Assembly (NCBI GenBank): GCA_002269645.1
Contig: NIVC01000426.1
Location: 1-64,000 of the forward strand
Direction of reading: 5' to 3'
Origin: Macrostomum lignano
Taxonomy: Eukaryota
DNA length: 64,000 bases
The notes under the pieces were generated by a model. The model was not told the DNA's origin. It searched no databases and worked only from the letters and a program-made list of their open reading frames with translations. Both the position numbers and the translations under genes were made by a program. Each line of letters begins with the position of its first letter. Within the stretch, counting starts at the first letter, position 1. Of this stretch, positions 1-18,000 are shown piece by piece.

Positions 1-1909
1 GGTACTGGTAAAGGAAATTTTTTAATTGGTCAACTGTCTCCCTCTCGGCTCTGGATACAACTTTCATTCTGGCGCGTAGAATTTAACTTTCAAGGCCCAT
101 GCTGTGTCAATATTCAACAATGGCCAACGCCCATCATTACATACCATAAACCAGCACATACACATATATAAAATGCGAGCAACTTACATTGCGATGACAA
201 TGTCGGAAATCATTGCTGATCACTGAATGTATTTACTTTGAAAGTACTATAGGTGATTCAAAGTTCAACAAATTCTTTGAAGATCGAAAGCGCCTTGACT
301 GATCCGGTACGGCATTAAGCTGGAAATTAATTCGAAGAAAGCCTCAAAGTTAAATTTTGCCTTTTTGGTTAAGTAAAGCAAAATATCTGGATTAAAATAC
401 AATTAACCGTAGAATACAGTATTATTAATTCACAAAACTTTTTATAAAACGTCTTACTCTCTCAAAAAACAAATTCTAAAGATGCCATTTAATGTTTCCA
501 TCGCAACAGAGAAAAGTGTGCTTCACCCCTTTCGAATTAATTCGAATCGCGGCTTTAACATTTACAATTTAAAGGATGGCATTTTGCTTACAATACATGA
601 ATACGAGCTAGTCTTATTGGCTATAGTACAGTCTTAATAGTGAGAAATGTTAACGAGCTTGAAACTAATTAATTTTCTAATTCTGCAATCGAAATTATTC
701 GCACCTTTTATGTCTTAACTAAGACATAAAATGGTTTCGTATTTGATTTTTGTTCAATCAAGCGACATGGAAACATTCAACAAGAAAATTAGCTTGGTGG
801 TCAAAACGGAATGTCAAAAATAGATTACTATAGATTAAGCAAACTGCCTTTCATATAATCTTGAATGATTTTTAAAATTATTGTGTCGGTACATAACTTT
901 TTGTTATGTGTATTTGATTACATGTATAACTGTGTATGAGACTATGAGTGTGTATTTATAAAAACCTAAAATTCGTAATTGTTATATAAAAATTAAATTG
1001 ACCGAAACATCTTATTTTTTATTTTTTGAGTAATTGAAATATTCATTTTGATTTATTTCATATTTAGGTTCCTTTACAAAACGAACAAGTATAAATTAGG
1101 AATCAAATTAAAAGTACGTCAAATTATTTCAAACCAAATACATAAATAAAGGTTCCTGAACCTAAGCTGGAGCAGATAGTGGGGTTCCATATTGTTGATA
1201 TTCATAATTTTTAGCTTTTTCTTCTAGCATTAGATACAGGATCAGAGTTGAAATATTAGCCATTAACTTCAGGGTTAGTTTCCAGAAATTTTTTGTGAAG
1301 CAACTAAAAACCAGAATATTCGAAAAAATTTATTTAATGTTTTATGCAAAAAGTCAAGGCCCATTTTCGGCCAACAGCTGAAGGGGCCATATGGCCCCAT
1401 TTGGGCCCTCCCTGAGGGGTCTACCACATATTAATTTAGTTTAGGATTAGTTATAAAGTTTTAGTATGTGGATTTTAGGTATACCAAAATTTTAGTCATT
1501 TATTAGTTATCAGAGAATAAAAATAGCATGAAATTAACACAATAGCTCGTATTTAAACTGAAAATTTCTCGATAACTTTAATTTATTGCAGTTGAAATAC
1601 TGATTTTGAAAATGCTCGTATTTTTAATTTGAAAGCAGAAAACTACAGCAAATTCCTTTGGAAATTTTTTTTATGAAATTTTCCAAACGCTGGACTAGGC
1701 CGTGCAAGCTGAAGTGTTAAAAAGTACACCATGCACTCAGCCGCCAGGAAAAGCGCCGTCAGCGGCGTCAGCACCGGCGCTGGGAGCAGCCGTCAACGCC
1801 AATCGGCCAAACGGCACAGCGCGCCGGACTGCAGTTTCCTGTTCTTCCAGCAGCGCCACCCAGGGCTGGACAGCGGCGGACAAAGAAATCGCCGGACGAG
1901 CTGCCGTCC

Positions 1910-4900
1910 ATGGCCCGCATTGGTGGCCTGCAGCAGCGGCTCGTGTCCTCTGCATCTTCTGCATCTCCAGCTGCCGACCCCGATGTGGCGCCATCGCCGG
2001 TGCCAGTCAGCGGCTCCCTGCAGGTGCCGGAGCCGGCGAAACCGGACGAATCGATTGGGGCCGAGGCTTCAGCGGCGGCGGTGTCAGCAGTGGAAGAGAC
2101 TGGGACGAGCAGCGGCGAGTTTACAACGCCTGGCGTCTGGAGAGCACCGGCCTGCTCGGGCGGCTCGCGCGACGTCATGGACGCGATGCCGTCTGCGGGT
2201 GGCACCTCCGGCAGGTCGCATCGCCGGCAAGGCAAGCTGCCTCGGTACTTGGAGCTGCGGCTGTGCGAGTCCTGGGCTCAGCTGACCGCCGACTGCAAGC
2301 AGGTGCGGCTCTCAAATCTCTGCAGAAATTAGCAGCTTCTTTGCATTCTCACCACCCTCCTCCAGCTACCCTCCTCCAGCTACCCTCCTCCAGCTACCCT
2401 CCTCCATCCACCCTCTTTCAGCTACCCTCCTTCATCCACCCTCTTTCAGCTACCCTCCTCCAGCTACCCTCCTCCATCCACCCTCTTTCAGCTACCCTCC
2501 TTCAGCTACCCTCCTCCAGCTACCCTCCTTCAGCTACCCTCCTTCAGCTACCCCCTTCAGATATCAAGGTCTTGATTTGTCGCCTTCGAATCCACTGTGG
2601 CCTAACAAGACGTGATATTTTGATCACTCTATCACACTAATCATTGCCGAATGATTTTTTTTCATAAAATTTTCATTAAAAATCCCACCCGGCAGGAGCA
2701 CCGGCAGTGGCAGACGCCCGCTTGTCTGGAGGAGAGCCGGCGGCGCCAGGCGGAGGACGCCGAGCGCGAATCGCGCCGCGCCGCCCAACGCGCCGAGAAT
2801 GACAGCCTGCTGATGCGCGACGGTTCTCGCTCGCGGATGTCCCGGATCGCCTCGGCCTCCGGAGACGCCGCCGACCGGCGCACTGTCCGCCTGAGCCAGG
2901 CCTCAGCAGCGCGCGACAGCGGCAGCGGCGGCGGCGTCCGTCAAGAAGTCGGCCCGCTCTCGCGGCGGCGCCCTCCAAGAGCAGGCCATCGCCGAGGGGC
3001 CCGAGCACTCGACCGGAAATCCGGCAAAATCGGCCGACCACCACCCGACAGACACCCTGTCTTTCTCGCTGGTGTCCAAGGAGTCGCTGAAGAACGGCTG
3101 GCTGCAGAATTTCAATCAGCGCCTGATTGAAGACAAACTGCAGAGCGCGCTGGTCAAACTGAGGCTGGCCGGACACGCGCCTGGGTCTGTCCCAACTGGC
3201 CTGTCTGTCCCAACTGGCCTGTCTGTCCCAACTGGCCTGTCTGTCCCAACTGGCCTGTCTGTCCCAACTGGCCTGTCTGTCCCAACTGGCCTGTCTGTCC
3301 CAACTGGCCTGTCTGTCCCAACTGGCCTGTCTGTCCCAACTGGCCTGTCTGTCCCAACTGGCCTGTCTGTCCCAACTGGCCTGTCTGTCCCAACTGGCCT
3401 GTCCTGTCTGTCCCAACTGGCCTGTCTGTCCCAACTGGCCTGTCTGTCCCAACTGGCCTGTCTATCTTGTTAGCCGGTCTGTACTAAGCAGAAAAGGATA
3501 AACTCAATACATTTTCCATCTCATTAGGAATCGAACCACGGACCAGCACCTGCAGCAGCAGCAGCTGGAGCTGCAGTTCTACGCAGCCGGGGCCCCGTCC
3601 TACCGGCCGCCGCGACCCCGCCGGCTCCAGCCGGCCGAGCTGGTGGACCCGGACACCCTGCTGCCCAGGCCAGTCGCTCCGCCCGACGTCAGCGCCAAGC
3701 GGGCCTTCGCCGATCGTCTGGTCGAAGCCGCCGCCGCTGTCGCCTCAGCTTCATCGTCCGGGCCATCGGGGCTCCCCCTCCTGACCGAAGACGAGGCCCG
3801 GCTGCTCAGGCGGCGCTTCAAGACCGACTGGCCGGCCATGCGCGAGGCCGTCCTGCAGGCGATGCTGGCGCCGCCGCCGATGCCGGCAAAATCTGCGGCG
3901 CATCAGGCGGCCGCCGCCGCCGCCGCCGCTGCCGCCGCGAGCACCTCGGAGGAGTCGGCGCTGAACAACCTGCTGACCGTCGAGTTGCCATCTCGCTACA
4001 GCAGCCTCGGCGGTGGACGCCTCATCCAGTGCCGCCTGCCAGACGGTGGCACCGTCGTGCTGTACCCGTCGGGCAGGCCGGCGCTGCTCGCCTGCGGCTG
4101 GTCGGGTGCCGTTGTGGCCCTGAACGACTCGCTGGAGCGTCAGGGCAGCCACCTGCTTGCGAGCGTCACCGCGTCCGCCTGCGGCTTTGTGCGCTCGATG
4201 GATCCGACAGAGCCGACGTTCACTTGCACCCAGGCTGTGGCCCAGCTGCAGGTGCGCCGGGATGTCAGATTTTAAGTTTTGGAATATTTTTAGATCGAGG
4301 TTGAAGTCAGTAGCTTCAAATTGCTCATCTGAGACCCAAACCCCCTGTTTGGATCAGGGAGGGTGGCTCAGCAACTGAGGATTTGGGAGGCTGGCCCAGC
4401 AACTGAGGATCTGGGAGGCTGGTGGTCCAGCAACTGAGGATCTGGGAGGCTGGTGGTCCAGCAACTGAGGATCTGGGAGGCTGGTGGTCCAGCAACTGAG
4501 GATCTGGGAGGCTGGGGTGGGTGGCCGAGTCCACGCTTGGCAATTTTTCTGTATGCAGGCCAAGCAAAGCTGCTGAAGTCCAAGTACCCCTCCTCTAACC
4601 GCAGGACCCCCTGACCGGCCGGGTGCTGAAGCGGCTGGCCTGGCCCTCGGATCCGCGAGCGAAGCTGCCAATCAATCTGCAGGTGCGCCTGAACTCCTGC
4701 CTGACATTCGTGTGCTCGGGCCGAGCTGACATGACCTTCGCGTTCCAGGCAGAGGGTCGCTCTGCCCAGCTGGCTGTCGGCTTCTGCGCCGAGCGGGAGG
4801 CGGCCGTCAGGCAGCGGTGCATCGATCGCCATGGCAACCCGTTGGTGAGACGTCCGAAAGTTTACGGGGTTGACTTTCCGAGGTGCCATTTCAAACTGTT

Positions 4901-7900
4901 TGAAGTCCCATTTTACAACATAGAAGTTCCACTTTGATTTGACAGTTTGTGGGTCACTGATTTATGTATGATTTATGTCTGCCTCATGTACATGATGTAT
5001 CCCTAATATATGTCAGCCTTTATGTATTTTTAATCAAGGTTCTTCATCTCTGGCTCTGCATTTAAAGCGTTCGTAAAGAAAAACCTAGTAAGGCTTTTGA
5101 TTCTGATGAATTTTCACTGTCTTAAAATTGGTTTCACTGTCAGTTTTTATCTGTTTGTGTATTCACAGCGTCTAACGAGCAACTACCTGTGTTCACACTG
5201 CTGTCGCCAGCTGTCATATTGTTAACTTTATAGTATGTACATGCAAAAGTACATTTCATTGGAAGAGCATAGTGCTGTTAGTTCATGGTTAACACAAAAG
5301 TACATGACGCACTTCTACCCCATATATAAACAGATTGGACTCAGCGAATCGCTGAAAATCGACGGAGATAAAGAAACGGTGCTATGGAAGTCTGAGACAG
5401 CAAAGCGGCTGGTTGCAAAAGCGAAGCAGATGCGAAAGCAGCAGCAACAGCAGCAGCAGCAGCAGCAACAACAGCTGCAATATCAGCTGGCCAGAAGACC
5501 GGCGGTAAGACCAATTTAGTGCAGAAGTCGTTCTGTGATATGAAACTTTAAAACGAATGCGATTAAAGGATTTGTTAAATGATATCAAAGAAATAAACTT
5601 GCATTTTTATATATGTGAAGGAAAATGTCGGATTGGCTAATGTTCATTGTCAGGGGGAAGCAAAGTATCGGAGTAACCAATGTACATTGCTTGGGGGAAG
5701 AAAAATACGGAGTGGCCAATGTACATCGCTAGGTCGCTAGGGGGGGGTGGAGAAAAAATATCGGAGTGGTCAATGTACCTTGCTTGGGGAAGGAAAATAT
5801 CGGTGTCGCTAATGTAAATCGCTAGAGGGAAAGAACAAATCAGTGTGGCTAATGTACATCGCTAGGGGAAGGAAAATATAGGAGTGGCTAATGTACATCG
5901 CTAGAGGGAAGGAAAATATAGGAGTGGCTAATGTACACTGCTTGGGGGAAGGAAAATAGAGGAGTGACTAATGTACATCGCTAGCGGAAAGAAAAAGAAG
6001 AGTATTTGAGTCAAGAACTTGTGTTTTAGGAAGAAAAAGAGAACAAATCAAGTACGCTCGTAAATAGCTAATTGGAGAAGTAAATTTTCGATGAGTAGAG
6101 GAAATTAGTCAATATTTTTCCTAAATCTGTCATCACTAAGGACTCCGCCAAGTCCGGCGCCACAGAGTTCTCAGCCGCGTCTTCCGGGGGAACTGGCAGC
6201 GGTGGCAGCGGCAGCGACTTGACCGTGAGAGACTCGGACCTCGAGGAGACTCGAGCTCGAATTCGCGGCATCTGCGATTCCTGGCTGGAGGCATACAGGC
6301 AGCGCCTGGGTGTCGCTCCTCCAGCACCGCCGCCACCGTCGCAGCCCCAGCAGCTGCCGCTGTCATCGAGGACGCCGAGGCCGGTTCAGTCGGCCGCCCC
6401 GGCGACGGCTCAGCGCAGCTCCACCGCGGGACGGCGCTCCGTCCAGGCGCCGCCGCGGTTGCCCTCGGCGCCACCGACTGCCGCGTCTGGCGTCGGCGTC
6501 GGCGCGCTTCGACAGTCGGCGCCAGCGGCGCCATCGACTGCGACGAGCGCCACAGCGGCGGCGTCGGCCAACTCCCTGGCCGAAGCCCTGGAGTCTGCGG
6601 CGTGTCCGACCACAGCCAGGCAGCTGCTGATCGCGGCGGGGGCTGCTGGCGGAACTTCCGGCTTTGTTGGCTTGAATCGATGCGGATGCGGCCTTCAGGT
6701 GAGCCTAGCAAGCGTTTTTGTGCGCTTCCCTCTGCTATCCAATGTGTGGAACTGCTTCCCTCCGCTATCCAATGTGTGAAACTGCTTCCCTCCGCTATCC
6801 AATAAGTGGAACTGCTTCCCTCCGCTATCCAATGTGTGGAACTGCTTCCCTCTGCTATCCAATGAGTGGAACTGTTTCCCTCCGCTATCCAATGTGTGGA
6901 ACTGCTTCCCTCCGCTATCCAATGTGTGGAACTGCTTCCCTCCGCTATCCAATGTGTGGAACTGCTTCCCTCCGCTATCCAATGTGTGGAACTGCTTCCC
7001 TCCGCTATCCAATGTGTGGAACTGCTTCCCTCCGCTATCCAATGTGTGGAACTGCTTCCCTCCGCTATCCAATAAGTGGAACTGCTTCCCTCCGCTATCC
7101 AATAAGTGGAACTGCTTCCCTCCGCTATCCAATGTGTGGAACTGCTTCCCTCCGCTATCCAATGTGTGGAACTGCTTCCCTCCGCTATCCAATGTGTGGA
7201 ACTGCTTCCCTCTGCTATCCAATGAGTGGAACTGTTTCCTTCCCCTTTCCAATGTGTGGAACTGCTTCCCTCCGCTATCCAATGTGTGGAACTGCTTCCC
7301 TCCGCTATCCAATGTGTGGAACTGCTTCCCTCTGCTATCCAATGTATGGAACTGCTTCCCTCCGCTATCCAATGTGTGGAACTGCTTCCCTCTGCTATCC
7401 AATGAGTGGAACTGTTTCCCTCCGCTATCCAATGTGTGGAACTGCTTCCCTCCGCTATCCAATGTGTGGAACTGCTTCCCTCCGCTATCCAATGTGTGGA
7501 ACTGCTTCCCTCCGCTATCCAATGTGTGGAACTGCTTCCCTCTGCTATCCAATGTATGGAACTGCTTCCCTCCGCTATCCAATGTGTGGAACTGCTTCCC
7601 TCCGCTATCCAATAAGTGGAACTGCTTCCCTCCGCTATCCAATGTGTGGAACTGCTTCCCTTCGATAAATAATGTGTTAAAATTTTTCCCTCCGCTCTCC
7701 ACTGTCTCACCGTCTTCACCCTAAAGGTCCCCAGCCTGACGGACCTCGAGCTCGACGCGTTCATCGAGGCGCAGGGCCGGCGAAATCCCGATCAACTCTT
7801 GGTTGTCATGGTAACGCACTCCAATTCCGACTCGTCAGAGGCGGCGCGCCGCGCCGATTCCCTGCTGCGCCAGTACGCCTCAGCTAATAGAAATCGGCGC

Positions 7901-8341
7901 CGCGGCGCCACGGCGCCCTGTCTGGCCGCGGCGCGTGACAATTTTCGAATGCTGGCCTACGACCTGGGCGCCGCTGCGGCCACCACGGCGTGCACCTATC
8001 CGGAGCTGTTGGTGCGGCACAACCTGCGGGTTGGGGACGCTCTGGTGTACCGGCAGGGCCGCATCATGTTCGCTGGCGCGCTCGCCGGGCCCGAGCAGCT
8101 GCGGCGCCAGCTGGCCGAGTGCCGGCGCCTCGGGCAGCGCGGCTGTCCGGGCCTGCCGCGCGACTTCCGGCTGTCCACTTCTGCCTGGGATTGCCGCCGG
8201 GAGGATCCGGCGAGCGAGACGGCCGCTTTGATTGGCGGCGTTGCCATGGAGACGGGAACAAATAGGTTAGTTAATAGTGCAGTAAACGCGATTCACAGCC
8301 ATGAGGCCCAACCCCAGGGCGCAGAGAGTGTACATGCCTGA
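1910..8341 (+). CDS. FAM194-domain protein, C3orf20/ERICH6-like (7 exons; 5' end and exon 2 frame uncertain)
   Basis: Exons ~1910-2302 (frame open from 1721, possible acceptor at 1747), 2696-~3184, ~3556-4251, 4605-4844, 5334-5504, 6141-6698 and 7727-8341 (alternative donor at 8266). The exon 1-2 junction and all junctions from exon 3 onward are GT-AG and phase 0. Motifs recalled from the C3orf20/FAM194 family: VVLYPSGRPAL, WPSDP..LPINLQVRLN..TFAF, RCGC..QVPSLTDLELD, MLAYD..LLVRHNL..GDALVYRQGRIMFAG..LPRDFRL. Exon 2 requires a frame change near 2880-2940. Confidence 0.65.
2362..2562. repeat. Intronic minisatellite, ~13-14 bp unit CAGCTACCCTCCT
   Basis: Direct tandem copies in intron 1 of the FAM194-like gene. 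Confidence 0.85.
3186..3462. repeat. Intronic minisatellite, 18 bp unit GTCCCAACTGGCCTGTCT
   Basis: About 15 tandem copies. Confidence 0.95.
4365..4512. repeat. Intronic minisatellite, 28-31 bp unit with core CAGCAACTGAGGATCTGGGAGGCTGG
   Basis: About 5 copies; same family as 20989-21510. Confidence 0.9.
5630..5990. repeat. Degenerate ~39 bp minisatellite (GGCTAATGTACATCGCTAGGGGAAGGAAAATATAGGAGT)
   Basis: Imperfect tandem copies in intron 5. Confidence 0.8.
6720..7662. repeat. Intronic minisatellite, 30 bp unit ACTGCTTCCCTCCGCTATCCAATGTGTGGA
   Basis: About 31 copies filling intron 6. Confidence 0.97.
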
Positions 8342-8939
8342 CGGTTAGAAAGTCAGGACCGCTGTACACTCTGTGTGAGCGCGTGTATGACTGCGAGCCT
8401 GCGTACAGTATTCGAGCGCTTGTGTGTGTTCAGGAGTCTCAAGAGAATTGGGCAGAATTGTGCCAGGGGGGGCATAACCCTCTTGCGAACATTTATTTCT
8501 TTGTATACTACATTTAGCTCGTAAGTTAGGTGACTGTTGTCAATTCTTGGCCACCTTTTGTCGAAAGCTTTCAGTAAATGAGAAGTATTTGTACTCTATG
8601 AACTTGAAATAGATAGACTGAAATGTAGAAAGGGAGTGAAACGTTTTGTAATTCGCATTGCAGAGCGGTCACACTGGATGCTCTGACTGTGCTGTCAGCC
8701 AGCGACAATCACCCGATGCTGTCTTGCGGTCTGCCGAAAATTCGATGACATGCCGAATACAAAATCTGTCTACAAGTCTTCTTTCTACTTTGGAAAATAT
8801 CAATGTGCAGCTTAGCCTAACCAATCTAATTTATCATTTTTAGTTGTGCTTCCTATGTTGTCACGTCTGCGTGTTCCAACGAAGCGTGTTCACTTATATG
8901 AAACAAGCGGCCCTACGACCACTGCCCCAGTCAAGCACG

Positions 8940-9200
8940 GATCCCCAACCCCCAACCCATCTGCCCCAATCAGCCACAGACCCCAACCCCCAACCCCTCT
9001 GCCCCAATCAGCCACAGACCCCAACCCCCAACCCCTCTGCCCCAATCAGCCACAGAACCCTCAACCCCCAACCCCTCTGCCCCAATCAGCCACAGAACCC
9101 TCAACCCCCAACCCCTCTGCCCCAATCAGCCACAGACCCCAACCCCCAAACCCTCTGCCCCAGTCAGGCATGGACCCAACAAACCCCGCGCTAGACCCCA
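8940..9200. repeat. Minisatellite CCCAACCCCTCTGCCCCAATCAGCCACAGA
   Basis: Tandem copies; related to the 11260-11850 array. Confidence 0.85.
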
Positions 9201-10232
9201 ACCCAGCACCTCTACCTACAGCTTTCGTTGGCAGTTTTATATCAATCAATTTTTTTCTGATGCATACCACTTCTAGTTTATTGTTGTTGTGATTTTATCA
9301 TAATAATAAACAATTATCAATTTTTAAACTTCCATTTTTAATGATACAAAGCAAATTTTTGCGTTCTATTTGCTGCTGACTTAGATACGAGTTCCTATAT
9401 TTTTCCCCGAATCAATTGTAACGAGTAAAAACTGCCTGGATAAATTGCCCTTTGCATTGAAATTACATTTCCTCTGATACAAATATCTTCCAGAAAATGA
9501 ACAACTGTTATATTTTTAATGTTACTTTATTGCTGCTCAGTCGTTATCTATGAATCACATGGATGATATTTTATATTTTATCAGATTCTTTTTAACTCGC
9601 GAATTCTTGGATTCCTGCCCAACACTTTACTGTCAGTCCACTTTAATTGAGTTTCATGTTGTTTAAATTAAATAAACTGCAAAATTAACTAATAAGAAAT
9701 TTGCACAGATATGGTCAGGCTTTATGACGTCAGTTTCTTTTTTGAGAAATACAAGAAATAAAAAAATAATAATATCGCGGAGTTTAGCAAAAAGTTCTCT
9801 AGAAAAGAAGCTATTATACATGGACAGACAGAAAACTTTCTAACGCTCGCGTGGAAATAATAAAGACTCAAAGTGTCTGAAAATCTCTCCATGACAGTCA
9901 GTATTTTTGTTAATATGAAGCTGGACTCTACAGATTTTCATCTTCATCGCATCACCAGCCAGTTGTTGTACTCCATTCCCCGCTTCGCAGTTGGTCGCCT
10001 ATTGGTGTCTGAAAGTCGTGTGGGTTAATTTTACGATGTCAGAATGCCAGACAGAAGGCTGCTAAGTTTAAAACTGTGGTTGAAATTTTTTCTTTGTTTT
10101 AATGCGTGACTAAAATATATTATGCCAGTTATTACATCATTAGATGAATGATAAAATAGCCAAGTAAATTGCAAAATAATGTTTTCATAAAATTGGGGCT
10201 ATAAATACTTCTTCCTGCGATATACGGACGTC

Positions 10233-10460
10233 GACTAAGAAAGACAGGGGAGCTGAGGTGACTCAGACCTCGTGGACTAAGAAAGACAGGGGAGCTGAGG
10301 TGACTCAGACCTCGTGGACTAAAAAAGACAGGGGAGCTGAGGTGACTCAGACCTCGTGGACTAAGAAAGACAGGGGAGCTGAGGTGACTCAGACCTCGTG
10401 GACTAAGAAAGACAGGGGAGCTGAGGTGACTCAGACCTCGTGGACTAAGAAAGACAGGGG
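10233..10460. repeat. 42 bp tandem repeat, ~5.4 copies
   Basis: GACTAAGAAAGACAGGGGAGCTGAGGTGACTCAGACCTCGTG, directly abutting copies with no spacers. Confidence 0.95.
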
Positions 10461-11259
10461 AGTACATATATTCGATGTACACTCAACAGCCGGCAGGAGA
10501 CGAGATTGGCCCACCCCAGGGCACCGAATATGTACACTCTCTGACAAAGCGAAAGTCGGGACAGATGTACATACACCCATGGGCGTGTTTGTGCTCTGGG
10601 GTAAGTGGAATATGCCTGCTTTTTAATTGCCTCTCATCGCTTGAGCCAGCACCCAAAGGCACAGCCTCCCTTAAAATTACAAAAGTAATAACTAATGGCG
10701 TATAGAGAGCGTATATAAAATATGATTTACAATGTACACTCAATGTACACTGAATGTACATTCACCAGCTGGCGTGCAGTGACCAGAAAAGGCCATGTAT
10801 AGTTAATAAATTTATAAATATTGGCGTAAGCCTCCTTTAACCAATCAGATCCTAAGTAGTATATGCCAAAATTGTTAATAAGTTATATATGCTATTCATA
10901 ATTGTATGTTAAAAGCTGTTCTGAATAGTCCAGTACAACTTGTACCCGAGAGGAATCCAGTCGAGTTTTTAGTTAGAATATCAAATACGAAGTGTCGTAT
11001 TTCCTGGCTCGACTCGCGGTCTCTGCTGCTTCGTTGGCTGATTGAGCAAATGACGTGGAGTGTTTGAATCTTTAAAATAACGCTTGATAATTGAGGTTGA
11101 ACCAATGCTTCTACCAATGACCACCATCTGAAAGACAATACTTACTGTGCCCATCTACCCCGCCAACTATGACCACAGCATCTCGGCTCAGTTAGGACAC
11201 AAGGACAACTTAAGTAGAATATATATGTTACTTGAGTAGTCCTTGTTAGGACGGATACC

Positions 11260-11850
11260 CGACTCCCAACCCTTCTGCACCAGTCAGGCACGGACCAACC
11301 AAAACACCCTTCTGCCCCAGGCCCTCAGTCAGGCACGGACCAACCAAAACACCCCTCTGCCCCAGTCAGGCAAGGACCAATCAAAACACCCCTCTGCCCC
11401 AGTCAGGCAAGGACCAATCAAAACACCCCTCTGCCCCAGTCAGGCAAGGACCAATCAAAACACCCCTCTGCCCCAGTCAGGCACGGACCAACCAAAACAC
11501 TCCTCTGCCCCAGTCAGGCACGGACCAATCAAAACACCCCTCTGCCCCAGTCAGGCACGGACCAATCAAAACACCCCTCTGCCCCAGTCAGGCACGGACC
11601 AATCAAAACACCCCTCTGCCCCAGTCAGGCACGGACCAATCAAAACACCCCTCTGCCCCAGTCAGGCACGGACCAATCAAAACACCCCTCTGCCCCAGTC
11701 AGGCACGGACCAATCAAAACACCCCTCTGCCCTAGTCAGACACGGACCAATCAAAACACCCCTCTGCCCCAGTCAGGCACGGACCAACCAAAACACTCCT
11801 CTGCCCCAGTCAGGCACGGACCAACCAAAACACTCCTCTGCCCCGCCAGG
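11260..11850. repeat. 38 bp minisatellite CCTCTGCCCCAGTCAGGCACGGACCAATCAAAACACCC
   Basis: About 15 tandem copies. Confidence 0.95.
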
Positions 11851-11978
11851 CATGGACCTCCAACCCCCAACACCTTTGCCCCAGTCTGTCATGGACCTCC
11901 ATCCCCAACACCTCTGCACCAGTCTCCCAGTCTTTTGCCAACCCCTTCTCAACCACTACCCCCGCCAATCACCATAGG

Positions 11979-13554
11979 CCTGCTGGCGGATCCGTTCAGT
12001 GGCGGCGTTGGCAACCCGCTGCTGTTGCTGGCGGTGCTGGTCCAGAAATCCGGGCTGCAGAGCCAGTTGTCGCCTGTAGGCATCGGCCATTGACACTTGA
12101 CCTGCGCAATCGGATGGGGGGTTGGTTGGCTTTGTAGAAACTTGGGAAGTTACGGCAGCAGCTCAGAGCAACCCAGGGATTTCACAGTCTCACCATCCAA
12201 AAACTGCGTCCTCTGTCCGTCTGGCTGCATGGCGAATTTCAGGTGTCGCCAAGTGGATCCGCCCTTGCCGTTGCGCAGTCGCGGCTGCTGCCTGCGGGAG
12301 GCGGATTTGCAGTGGCGGGCGGGTGCAAGGACGCGAAATCGGAAACTGGCGGAGATAGCGCTCACGCATAGAGTGAGGCTTCAAAGTGCGAGGGGATTGG
12401 CGAATAACAAGCGACTAGCAAAGTTAACAAGACGAGGCGCCCCGAGCAGACCAGTGGCCCACAGAGTTCAGCCTGTGAGCTCGAGTTCAGCTCTCCCGAG
12501 CCGCTTTGTGCTGGGCCGGTCCGGCCGGATCCCGCTAGCGCAGCCCGACACCGGAGCTCGCGGCCTGCCGCCGAAGGATGGAACTGGACGCCGACAGTGC
12601 GCGCGACAGCCGCCGGGTGCCAGAGAGAGCGGCTGGCCAGTGGGCAGCTTCGCCAGCCGTGGACGGCATCCGTGATGAGCGCCGGCGGTAGGACTGCAGA
12701 CTCCGCGGACTCCGGCCAGCCGCGGTCGGCGGTGCTGCAGCGCGGAACAGCCGGAGGCCGGAGCGGCTCGGAGGTCCGGCTTCGGTGCCGCGGACTTGGC
12801 CGGTGCTCCGTCGGCTCCCAGCGACTGCCGCGGGTCAGGCCGGGCCCAGCCGGGCCGCTCGGCTGCCCGCCGCCCAAACGGCCGACTCGGAATGAGCGGC
12901 TGCGGCTGCGGCTGACAGAAATGTCGGCGCGGCAGGCAGGCAGGCAGGCAGGCGGTCGGGTGGCCGCAAGAGGCTCAAGGCTGGAGAGCGCGACAGCCCG
13001 CCCGGGCCGGGGCCCGAACGGCCGCCCCCGACGGCCGTCCGACACGGCAGCGCAGCCCCGGGCGGACGGCCGGCGGAGTACGGCCGCTGGGAACCGGCCG
13101 CGGACGGGAGCCTCGCAATCCGGCCAGGTCCGAACGGCCGGCCGAACGCCGGGCAGCCAGCGACCCGGCCAGTAGCCGGCCTGTCCCGCCGCAGCCGCCG
13201 AGCAGCCTCTGGAGCTCCTGCCTGGACCGCCGCTCCGATGGCGGACCTCCGCGCCGCTCCGACCCCCAGCTGTACTGCGCCGCAGCTCCGCCGGCTGTGG
13301 TTAGTCGAAGTCGCGGCGTCCAGAATCCAGCCGCCGGATGCTGTCCCGGACGCCGGCCTGGGCCAGCGAAGTGGTCCACCGGCCAGTCGCGCTCTCAAGC
13401 GACCAGAGGCGCCGCGGCGCAACGTCGGAGCGCGGCACCTCCCAGACGGCTGCAGACCGCGGGACCGGCGCGGGCTGCACTGCGGCCGCAAGCGGGACCG
13501 GCGCGGTCGGTCCGCACAGCGGCGCTGGGAGACGAACCCGGCTATGGCTGCGCT
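11979..13554 (-). CDS. Probable downstream exons of the hypothetical minus-strand gene (frame unresolved)
   Basis: GC-rich block ~12470-13554 with several long open frames and candidate acceptors at 13553-13556, plus a GC-rich exon-like block ~11979-12101 with acceptor GCGCAG|. Confidence 0.3.
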
Positions 13555-13843
13555 CTGAGCCAAGGTGTCAGCGGTAAATCCTGCCTTGCACTTGGCAAGC
13601 TAGTCGCCCACTGAGCCAACCTGCAAACCACCTTGACAGCCCTACAAAGTTGGCGCTTTGCCGCCCCTGTTTCAGTCCCGCGTCCTTGCACCCGCAACAA
13701 ACAGAATAGAGGTGGATGTTGGCTTATACAGTGAGGAACGAATCGCAAACTCTAAATAGGGTTTGTTTCGCGACTCGCCTACTGTAAGTATGAGTGGCAG
13801 CGTTTTAGCAATAGAGAAGGTGGCTGTGAACGCCGCCGCTCAC

Positions 13844-18000
<4,157 letters not shown>

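Noticed and set aside
3520-3550. Isolated B-box (GGTTCGATTCC, minus strand) as a tRNA gene
   Set aside because: No A-box or cloverleaf; at most a SINE fragment.
6136-7764. Long repetitive ORFs (THWIAEGSSS, FHTLDSGGKQ, NVWNCFPPLS)
   Set aside because: All are frames of the 30-bp intron 6 array of the FAM194-like gene.
10233-10460. 42-bp repeats resembling a CRISPR array
   Set aside because: Copies abut with no unique spacers, there are no cas genes, and the DNA is eukaryotic.
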